Assembly (NCBI GenBank): GCA_965649765.1
Contig: OZ287751.1
Location: 80,290,001-80,354,000, forward strand
Direction: 5' to 3'
From: Bispira polyomma
Taxonomy: Eukaryota
Length of the DNA: 64,000 nt
Position numbers and translations under genes: made by a program. Positions 27,101-39,100 of the stretch are shown here, piece after piece (position 1 is the stretch's first letter; each line of letters starts with the position of its first letter). The notes beneath the pieces were generated by a model. It made no database searches. It saw nothing but the letters and a program-made list of their open reading frames with translations, and was not told where the DNA came from.

Positions 27101-30100
27101 CTAAAAATTGCATTCATACATGTGACTTCAGATGTCGTAAATCAAATTCATATATCATAGGTCTAAGTGCACATACAATCAGTTGCTAGGAGTCCAGTTT
27201 ACATCTATTGCTAGGAGAGATATAGTGACTGATATTAGAGAACCTGGGCTCAAAATCCAAAAGTTCCAGACTAGGCTGACTATATATATTTTTATAGCAA
27301 TAACAGAATTACTGGATGTTTTTTCCCTGAATAATCTACACTTTTTACTACAATAGTACAATAATGTGATTTTGTAGGGTGTTATAAGGTTTTAACAGCA
27401 CAACATTAATCATTAACAGCCAAAGGGCCGTTAATGAGATAAAAAAAATTATTATGAGATAAAATAAAAAGCTGAAAACTACTATAAATCCTGATATTTT
27501 ACAAAAACACCCAAATAAAATGTGTCACTAAATATCATATTACACTTACGAAATATCATTTTAGTCTATATACACACTGAAGTGATTGTATAGTGATGTT
27601 CTAAACTATTTTATATGCCCACAATTCACCGAGTGTTTAAAAAACCACATAAAAATTATTGTATTGTGACGTCACACAGTCTCAAGATGTGCGTAGAACA
27701 CCATATTTGCACTGATGCTCCCCCTCATATATGTCTGCATAGAAGTCCCCCCTCTCCTTCCCTTAGTCTTCATATTTGCTGGATCAATACCTTTACAACA
27801 GAAAGTGTTCTCTAAGATTTGTTTGCATTGCAACAACATACAGCGATGACTTATATAAAATATGACTTCAGAGGTGAGCTGGTAATGGTTCAGCCTTTTT
27901 AGTAATGCCCGGCCAACTCGGAATTACAGTATTTTAGAATATATATAAATCATTGCTAACCTACTAGTAATGCCCACCTATCTAATAATTATACCAATTG
28001 ATAACAATTGCATTTGTTAACCAGATATCTGTACTTCACTGACATTGCTGATGAGCCAAAAGTCAGAAGGTGTGGCCTCGATGGGAGTAACCTGGAAACC
28101 TTGATGTCCTCAGACAATGGCCTTGAACTTCCTAATGGTATGTCAGATAAGGCTATGTTTACTTTATACTTTGAGAGTTGTCACAGGCATTTATAATACT
28201 GGTCGGGTCATAATAACGGCTAATGCATATTTTTACACACGAAACGTCAGTATATTCTAAATAAGTTATAATTTCCTGTAGTGTAATTGGTATTCTGTCA
28301 GTTAAATCAGTTTCTTTTAATAATTTCTATGCCTTAGCATTTGAAAATCTTGACGAACCGTATTATGTCCCGACCAATCTTATGTATGCCCTTGTAATAT
28401 CCTCATAAATGCATAAGGTTTTTTGGTAAATCATTTGCCAACTGGCCAAATAAAAAAATGATATCTTGAATTTTGAGGGTTTTCGTAAGTATTTTTTGTC
28501 CAAGTAGTGTTTCTGATATCTATCTCTTTCTGGTAATAGTTTATAAATTATTTCTTCCAATACAATTGTTTCAACATCAATATTTCGTCAAAATTTCACC
28601 TTAGGGTGAAAATTAGGTGCTATAGGTACCCTATATGTGCTTTATAATGTGATGTAATAATACTTGAACTAATAACGGTTCTAAAACTATCTTATTGGAC
28701 AGTGAACTAACAGTGGACTATGTTAATGATTTAGCCCTTTACATATGGTATAGCATCCAATTATCCATTTCTGTCTTACCTATCAGTGTGACATTACACA
28801 GGTTTTCTAAATAAATGTAAACAAATTTTCGGTGTATATTTTCACAGCTAATTTGCAGTATTTTAATACTAAAACTGTTAGAGTTTTGCAAAATTAAATC
28901 TAGAAAAGCTAAATTCAAGATGAATACAGTCAAGCCTGTACTAGTGACCACTCTCAAAGAGAGACCACCCCTATTTAAAGACCACTCTACTTGTGACCAC
29001 TCTCACAGAGAGACCACCCCTATTTAAAGACCACTGTACTAGTGACCACTCTCAAAGAGAGACCACCCCTATTTAAAGACCACTCTACTTGTGACCACTC
29101 TCAAAGAGAGACCACCCCTATTTAAAGACCACTGTACTAGTGACCACTCTCAAAGTGAGACCACCCCTATTTAAAGACCACTGTACTAGTGACCACTCTC
29201 AAAGTGAGACCACCCCTATTTAAAGACCACTCTACTAGTGACCACTCTGAAAGAGAGACCCACTCACACTTAAAGACCACTGTACTAGTGACCACTCTCA
29301 AAGAGAGACCACCCCTATTTAAAGACCACTCTACTTGTGACCACTCTCACAGAGAGACCACCCCTATTTAAAGACCACTGTACTAGTGACCACTCTCAAA
29401 GAGAGACCACCCCTATTTAAAGACCACTCTACTTGTGACCACTCTCAAAGAGAGACCACCCCTATTTAAAGACCACTGTACTAGTGACCACTCTCAAAGT
29501 GAGACCACCCCTATTTAAAGACCACTGTACTAGTGACCACTCTCAAAGTGAGACCACCCCTATTTAAAGACCACTCTACTAGTGACCACTCTGAAAGAGA
29601 GACCCACTCACACTTAAAGACCACTGTACTAGTGACCACTCTCAAAGATGTTGTGACCAGAGGCCACTTAAATTATTCCAAACAACAATATTTGACCTGT
29701 ATAGAATCTAGGAGAGACACTGATTCAAAAGATTATAGTATTGAGCACTCAGATTTCATAACAACAGGGTCTACAAAAACCAGCCGTTAATCAATGTCTA
29801 GACACCACTATTCAGCTCTATAGAAAGATATATGGTCTTGTTTTTGTAATGCTTTGTCTTTTGTGGTCTTTAATTTAATCACACATGCCACTTGTTTATT
29901 GTTGTGTAAATCTTGTAGGAGTAGCAGTAGGCAGTGAAGGTGTGTTTGTGGTGGATTCTTATTACAAATCACAGACAGCTGGGGTGTCGTCAGCCAGGGG
30001 CAAACTCTACATATATAGTGACTCGAGTAAAGATACAAAACTCGTGGAAAGTCAGCTTAAGGTAAAGGGTCTGACAAGTGTACAAAAACTGTACTAACAT

Positions 30101-33100
30101 AGTGACTTGAGTGAAGATACTGAACTCATGGAAAGTCAGCTTAAGGTAAAGGGTCTGACATGTGTACAAGAACTGTACTAACATAGTGACTTGAGTAAAG
30201 ATACTGAACTCATGAAAAGTTAGCTTAAGGTAAAGGGTCTGACACGTGTACAAAAAAACCTCTAAATATATAGTGACTTGAGTAAAGATACTGAACTCAT
30301 GGAAAGTCAGCTTAAGGTAAAGAGTCTCACATGTGTACAAATACTGTACTAATATAGTGACTTGATTAAAGATACTGAACTCGTGGAAAGTCAGCTAAAG
30401 GTAAAGAGTCTGACAAGTGTACAAATACTGTACTAACATAGTGACTTGAGTAAAGATACTGAACTCGTCGAGAGTCAGCCTTAGGTAAAGAGTCTGACAA
30501 GTGTACAAAAACCGTACTAACATAGTGACTTGACTAAAGATACTGAACTTGTGGAAAGTCAGCTTAAGGTAAAAGGTCTGATAAGTGTACAAAAACTCTA
30601 CACATATAGTGACTCAAGTAAAGATACTGAATTCATGGACAGTCAGCTTAAGGTAAAGGGTCTGATAAGTGTACAAAAACTCTACACATATAGTGACTCG
30701 AGTAAAGATACTGAACTCATGGAAAGTCAGCTTAAGGTAAAGGGTGTGATAAATGTACAAAAACTGTACTAACATAGTGACTTGACTAAAGATACTGAAC
30801 TCGTGGAAAGTCAGCTTAAGGTAAAGAGTCTGACATGTGTACAAAAACCGTACTAACATAGTGACTCAAGTAAAGATACTGAATTCATGGACAGTCAGCT
30901 TAAGGTAAAGGGTCTGATAAGTGTACAAAAACTCTACACATATAGTGACTCGAGTAAAGATACTGAACTCATGGAAAGTCAGCTTAAGGTAAAGGGTGTG
31001 ATAAATGTACAAAAACTGTACTAACATAGTGACTTGACTAAAGATACTGAACTCGTGGAAAGTCAGCTTAAGGTAAAGAGTCTGACATGTGTACACATGT
31101 ACAAATACATGTACCAATATACTTGACTTTACTGTTGGTGAAACACTGTTCGACTGGATTTTACACAGTTCCCATTCTGTTCCAAAGGTGTCAGCACTAG
31201 TTGTTTTATAACTGGCACATTCTTTATTTTATTCCAAGAGTAAATTCAGGGAGGGATTTAGACTAAAAATCATAATGCCCTCATGGAAGGACCTTGTGCA
31301 AGGTCTACCAAAGACACTGACCTCATAAAAAATCAGCTTAAGGTAAATAGAAACAGACATGTATAACAACTATATAGACATGGTGATCTGAGCAATAAAA
31401 GCTACACTAAACTCATGGAAAGTCAACTCCAGGTAAAGAGTCTGATACTGGTGTACTGTTGCATCTTGGTGGAAGTACATGCTCTACTGAGTGTCCTTCT
31501 AGTGTTGATATAAGGTTGGACTTATATGTTTTGTCCTCTGTACAGGTTCCCTTTGGCCTCTCCTCCTCAGAAGAAAGGACTCTGTACATCAGTGACTGGG
31601 GGACAGGGAGTGTGTTGCAGTACATACCAAACACTGCACAGTGGACAACACTGGTGTCTGATCTCTCTGAACCTTCAGGGCTGTTCTATACAAAGAGAGT
31701 GCAAAACTTGGATGGTAAGTTTTAGACAGTTTACAAACATATTTGTGGGCCATCTGTCTCAGGGGCCATTGTGGTATAGTGGTTAGTGTCTGCTGCATAA
31801 TTCATAATCACTGGCCTTGCCCTCACCAATGTAGGTTTGAATCCCATTCATTCCTTCATGTGAGAAAGTTTGTCAGACACTTACCATAGGTCAGTGGTTT
31901 ACAGTGCTTCATCATTGGTTTCTTTCACTATTGATATCTGGCAGTCATGATATGACCTAAGCTAAATAAAATTTATGCATCTATCTTACTAACTTTGATG
32001 ACACAATAGTAAGAGTCAGATGATTTATCTTCTTTATCAATGTGGCCTTGTAGTTAACATACTCACTTAGGAATGCAAAGGACCTGGGTTTGATACCAGC
32101 TTGGGGCTCACAGGTACAGGTAGGTACAAAGTGGTCATTGGCTTCTATATATCCAGTGGCAGGCTAAAAAAATTTGGGACGTTGATAAATGGTCATCCTC
32201 AAGCCACTCTCTTTAATTAAGAGAAATGACTGTTGCTGGTTGCTATTCTTGAACAGTCAAGAAAAGGTTAATTAGCACTTCATTAATTTTAATGTTTGTT
32301 AATGTCAACACTATTCACACAATAAAACCATGTGTTGGAGTTAATGGGTAAATCGTTTATGTGTCATGAGATCAATATCAAAGACAAAATTTGTTCAATA
32401 TTCGGACATACCAAGAAACTGGAAATTTTTTAAAACCCAAAAATTTGCACATACTTATGTACAGTATGTACAAACCCCTAAATTGGTAATAAGTAAGTAT
32501 GAACAGACTTAAAATGGTTATCATTTAAAAATTAAGGTATTGCCGTAAAATATGATCAAAATTGTTGTATAAATGTTATGCCAAGGTGAAATATGCCCCA
32601 TTTACAACATTGGTATGTTTGTCTTACACATCGATATCGCCACCAAAGAGTCTAAACAATTAATATTATTGGTAAACAATTTACCCTCTAGTTGGAGTTC
32701 ATGACCTTAAAGAAAAGGACTGAGGGAGTCTGACTCAGTACTGCTCTGGTATCTCAATATACCCTGGGCTATTTGAAGTTTCAATATCTAACTCAATCAC
32801 TTGGTTTTCATGTGGGTAGCATAATTATATCCCTCAAATTCTCGGGACATAGAACTGTGCTCTAATGTGAAAGTGTGATTCAATTGTTAAAATCAAGTAA
32901 ACAATGCCTATATACACTGGCTTACTATGTTTTGTTTCTATTTTATCGTCCATATTATATTTCATAACAGAGATCAAAGAACCATTGTGTAACCAAAGCT
33001 GTGAGGGACTTTGTCTAAAGGGTAGGGATTCGGAGTATGATTGCTTCTGTGATGGTTACTATAGTAACCTACAAAGGGAGGACAAGAGCTTCTGTTCAGG

Positions 33101-36100
33101 TAATGTATGTTTTAATGCTTTGAAAATCTTATTTACTGGCTTAAGGAAATGGTTCAAAACACCTCTGTATCAACTTGCTTTTCTGTCTTAACATTTTTCT
33201 GCTGCTTACGACTGAATTATGATCATGGACCTTTTCTCCTATTGGACTATTTTTTTGGCATACTAACTGGAATATGCGCCACAGAGGATGTCTGGTTATC
33301 GATGGCATTATAGAAGTAAAAGTTTTCCATTACATTGCATTTTAACAGACACACATAGAAACTGGCCGAAGTCATAATGTTTAATACATGTGCATGATTT
33401 CACAAAAGGTTCTGAGGCAAAATTATCAAATTAACGTTTTACACATAACCACCGTTACAGATGCAACACTTTAATACTATAAGCTAGTGTAATTGAAGTA
33501 CCGCAATTTAAGACAACTATTTGCAAAATATCTCTTCTGTTTTGCAACAAATGTAAGCATTTTTGACCAACCATGCAGCCATAATCTTAGACACAGTGTT
33601 TTTGGGCAGTTAAAGCTGGAGCAATGGTTTATTGTACATACTTGTATTCATCCAATCAATGTTAAATCTCTCTGTTGAACTGTTGTGCGTTCAATACTAA
33701 CCGTAACTACCTTTGATACAGTGACTTTGAGGTAACGATTTTCAAGAGGTAGAAGAGCTATTTTAGTTTCAAACAGTAGGTAAATATCAATTTGGGAGAG
33801 TTAATCAAATGGAATATTTAGGATAATGGAAGTTTGGATAATAGAGAATCTGCTGTTCAATTAAAGCATTTATCTTACACGGTCTTAACTTTTTGATATT
33901 TTCAGTTGGAGAGAACTTTATCATAGTGAGTGATCTCAACAGTATCAAGATCAAGTCCTTAGATCTGAGTAAAGCCATGGATGACTCGGCTGTGTATGTT
34001 ATACAGGAGGGAAACAAATACTTCACTAGTTACTCAGCCTTATACTATGACAGCAAGACTGCGACTGTGTTCTGCACTGATGTCAACAGGTAATAATACT
34101 GTAAATATTCAAATATGTAGTCTCTCTATATTAAAAAAGTTAATCTAAGTTTTACCTTAGCCTTATACTATGACTGCAGGAGGGAAACAGTGTTCCACAC
34201 TGATGTCAACAGGTTTTAATACTGTAAATTAATCAGGTAAGTGCCATCTCCCTAATAACTGGGGTCAGTGGTGTCCTAGTGGTTAGAAATGTTAGCATCA
34301 AAGTGTTCAGCCAAATATAAAAGTACCTTTGAGATAGTGTTTTAGTTACTTTTATTTCAAGAATTTATATAGCACTGAATTGATGACAACGCACCCTCTA
34401 AGGTGCTCGTTCGTGGAGAAAGGATAAAGTCATACAACACGGCATTAGTAGTCATCAGTAAACAATGGTGTGTTAGCATCTTGCCCAAAAATATGTTCTC
34501 CCCCTGTAGTTACCATTATGGCATTATTGGGAATTGAACCGCAGACCTTCTGATTGCCAGACCAACTCCCTAAAAACAATGCTTAACCTCTAATACGTTC
34601 AGAGAAACTGCAGAACAGTTGCGTCTGTCAGAGAAAACACCTCCTGAGGTCATTCATAGGGGGTTGATGTTACAGATGACGTGGACCAACTCCCTAACAA
34701 TGTTTAAACTCTACTTTCAGAGGAACTATAGAACATTTGAGTCTGTCAGAGAACATTTCCCATAAGGTCATCTACAGGGTGGCTGATGTAATAGATGATA
34801 TGCACTAACTCCCTAATCATGTTTAAACTGTACTTTCAGAGGAACTATAGAACAGATAAGTCTGTCAGAGAACACTTTCCCTGAGGTCATCTACAGGGGA
34901 GCTGATGTTATAGATGATGTGGACTTTGTCCAGTCTACTGGTCACCTGTATTGGACCTCAGAGTTTGAGGGCTGTATTAAGAGAGCACCTGTCCACAACA
35001 TGTCCAGGGTGGTCAATGTACTCTGTGACCTAGATCACCCACGCTCTCTGACTGTGGCTAATGTATTTGGGTAAGTATAATGTAAACTTAAAAACGAACT
35101 TAGTTCTGTTGTGGCTCTTGCTCTGCACTGACATTACATGCCTCACCTCCACGAACACCTGTCCTCAAGTCTTATACTACTACATCATGATTCGCTTGGC
35201 TTATGAGAGGGGGGGGATGTCTAAAAATGCAACTGAACTCAACCATGTAAACTTAAGAAAGGAACTCGGTTCTATTGGGATTCAAACCGTGGCTCTTGCG
35301 GATCTTAAGGTTAATAGTTGCATGCATCTAACACTTGAGCTAATGGGAAAACCACTGAACCTGAGTGTTTAATGGGCTGATACACAGAGAAAGAGAGAAA
35401 GAGTTTTTTATTATAGTGCCACCTGTAATTACAGTGTTATACACATCAAATGAAAACATTAACAAGGACAGCCTGTCCAATAGTTAGGCTTATGAGGTAC
35501 TCTATATACATCAATTTTACACTTAAAGTTAAATACATTGAGGAAATTATAACAAGTACTCATACTATACCATATTACATGGATGTTAAAATTACCATCT
35601 CTTTGTCAATTAAGAAACATTACAACTGCTGTATCAGTGACAATTTTCACCCAAATGTATTTTAGTTGTTTTTAGTACTTTTGTTGATAACTACTCAACT
35701 AGATAGAGTTAGGTTCCACTCCTGCTTATACATTATATAATTACTTGACCCTTTCAACATCTAGGTTGTCGGCAAGCAGCTGACAGCATTTCTTACTCCC
35801 AGAATCTATGTCTGTCAGCAAGCAGTCGACACCCCCCAAAAAAATATATTATTTTTCTTGAGTGAGTTCCTTGCAATAGGAAATCGTTAGTACAGCAGAA
35901 TCTCCAGTTTAAAAAATTATACATGAGGCTTTGGTTGAATAGACCCTCTGGAAATGAAGCTTGATCATTGTTTACAGTGTATTAGGCACTAACAAAAGCT
36001 AATACTTTAATCTATATTGTTTAATATATAACTGCGATTCTCTAACTTTTAGACTACTCTTCTGGATGGAGCTGGGATCCACTCCCTCTGTATGGTTATA

Positions 36101-39100
36101 TATCACTGGTTAATATATACCTGTCTTTCTCTTACCTTCAGACTACTCTACTGGACAGAACTGGGATCCATTCCCTCTGTTTGGTTATATATGACTGGTT
36201 AATATATACCTGTCTTTCTCTTACCTTCAGACTACTCTACTGGACAGAACTGGGATCCACTCCGGCTGTTTGGTACTCCAGAGTGGCAGGCACAGACAGG
36301 AAACCATTCTGGATGGCTAACGGAAGTGTCCCTAATGATGTGGTGTATGACTCGCAAAAATTCGCCATTTTCATTCTGGATGAGGGCAACAGAAACATCG
36401 TTGAATGTGATCTCAGTGGTAAAATGTCTTTTTAGCTTCTAAAATTGTTATATTGTGTGAAGGACTAAGCATTCCATTTTAAATAATCATTAATGTGTCT
36501 TAAAGTAGAACGTCTCTTATCCAAATATGTTGGAAGGGCAAGATTTTGTTGACATAATAGAATATTTAAAAATAGACACAGAAATTAGAAACATACATTT
36601 GTGAGAGGGGAATTCTTTTTATGACCTCATATGATTGATGATTCGGGTAATAGAGGAAGTGCATCATATCTAAAGGCAGTCTTTAGTAGTATTAAAAATG
36701 GATCGTCAGCAAAAATTACACAAAACATTTGCTGTAAACAGCCATATTCCACAAAAAAAGATCCAAACAAAAGTTCTGATACTGAAAACAGTGGTGTCCA
36801 ATAAAAGTGTGACCACAGAGGCAGGTACTCACGCCGGGTTTAATCTGATATCATGTGCAGGTGTATTCCCATGCTTCTCAAAAAGCCGACTAGTACTGGG
36901 GGTGACTTAAGTAACCCTTAATTTTTCTTGATAATTTTGGCTGCCCCTTGTAGGCAAGCTTACCTTTGGGTAATAAGTTACATATGTTGCTGGAGTCACT
37001 AAATCACACACCACAGACTCACTACCAGCATGAATCTAGTTCTCTATGATTTCTTTGGTACCGGTCAGTTTGTGGATCCATTCCTGGATTTTAGGTTTGA
37101 ATGCAGCATTGTACCTGGGAAGAGTAAGGAATACAGATTAAATCAGAATGACTCACTGGGCAAAAAACATTTCTTATGTATAATATTACCACTTTGGATC
37201 CCAACTGGTAAGAAAAAACTCTCGCCAGGAACTGAAGGAAAGAAATTTTCCGGTAATAGGTAACTAACAGATAGCTGGAGTCACTATAACACACACCCTA
37301 GACTACTTCCAGCGTTCAGCGGTCTTGCATCTATTTTTTAAACAAAGGAATCTGCTGTACTAACAATTTCCTATTGCGAGAAACTGAGGAAAATAAAACA
37401 ATATTTTTGGGGGTCTTGACTGCTTGCCTACAGACATAGGCTCCGGAAGTAGCAAATACAGCCGACCTTTTTCTGACAACATAGGGATCGAAAGGGTTAA
37501 AATGAAATTTTACAATTTTACTGTATTTCTTCTGTATATCAGGTAGAACCTGTCTCCATGTCGTCGACCTTGAGGGCAGTGGTCCATTCTTTGGTCTACA
37601 GACAGATGGGCAGTTTGTGTACTACTCTGACTGGGGGACTGGGTCAGTGCTCATGTACAACACACAGACCAATGTGACCAGGGTCTTAATGAGTGGATTA
37701 CTGAGACCCACCAGATTTGTAGTACATCACCCCACACAGATCAAAGGTACAGTATGTACTCATATAGTGTGAAGTAACTACCAGATTTGTTGTACATCAC
37801 CCCACACAGATCACAGGTACAGTATGTGATCATATAGTGTGAAGTAACTACCAGATTTGTGGTACATCATCCCACACAGATCACAGGTACAGTATGTGAT
37901 CATATAGTGTGAAGTAACTACCAGATTTGTAGTACATCACCCCACACAGGTTACAGGTGTGTGCTCATATAGTGTGAAGTATGAATTATGTCCACCCCAG
38001 TGGGGGGCGGACATTTATTTTTGCTTTTTCCGCCGTCCAGCGTCTGCTGTCCGTCATGCTTGGTTTCCGGTCATTTCAAGGAAAAGTATTTATCCTATGT
38101 TTACCAAATTTGGTATGGATGTTTATTGGGTTAATAGCTTGCATGGGATTGCTTTTGGTGAAGATAGCTCTATAGCTAACTGAGTAATAGCTACTTACTT
38201 ACTTTTGTGTACTTCTTTGGTTTCCGGGCATTTTAAGGAAAAATATTTGACATATCTTTACCAAATTTGGTATGACCAATAGTTAGGTCAATAGTTTGCT
38301 TGGGATTGCATTTAGTGATAATAGCTATATAACTCACTCAGTAATAGCTACTTAGCTACTTTTAGTAGCCTTTTCATTTTAAGCTTTTTAAAAGAAAAGT
38401 ATTTAACCTATGTTCAGGAAAAGTATTTATCCTATCTTTACCAAATTTGGTATGGGCGTTTATTGGGTAAATAGCTTTCATGGGATTGCTTTTGGTGCAG
38501 ATAGCTGTATAGCTAACTGGGTAATAGCTACTTAGCTACTTTTGTATACTTCTTTTGTTTCCGGGCATTTTAAGGAAAAATATTTGACATATCTTTACCA
38601 AATTTGGTATGAGCAATAGTTAGGTCAATAGCTTGCTTGGGATTGCTTTTAGTGGTAATAGCTATATAACTGACTGAGTAATAGCTACTTAGCTACTTTT
38701 AGTAGCTTTTTTATTTTAAGCATTTTAAAGGAAAAGTATTTCACCTATGTTCACAAAATTTGGGATGGAGGATTTTTGGATCAGTAGCTTGCTTGGGATT
38801 GCTTTTGGATACCTTTATAGCTAACTGAGTAATAGCTACTGTGCTATATAGCTATTATGCTATTTTGAGTTGACTTTTTTCTATACATTTTAATGAAACA
38901 ATGTTTTCTATCTTCACAAAAATTTATATGAAGGATAATTGTGTCAATAGTTTGGTCAGGATAGCTTTTGGTCGATGATAGTGTAGTAATGCTTATATAA
39001 TAAAAATTCTATTTAAAATGTATGATCACTTGTTATACTACTTCAATAATTTCTTGTGTTTTATAAGTCTGGCATTTCCTCCCTTGCTAAAAATTTCCCA

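Noticed and set aside
29189-31117. Repetitive short ORFs (also 3812-4064 and 47893-48298)
   Set aside because: Translations of tandem repeats with no independent coding evidence
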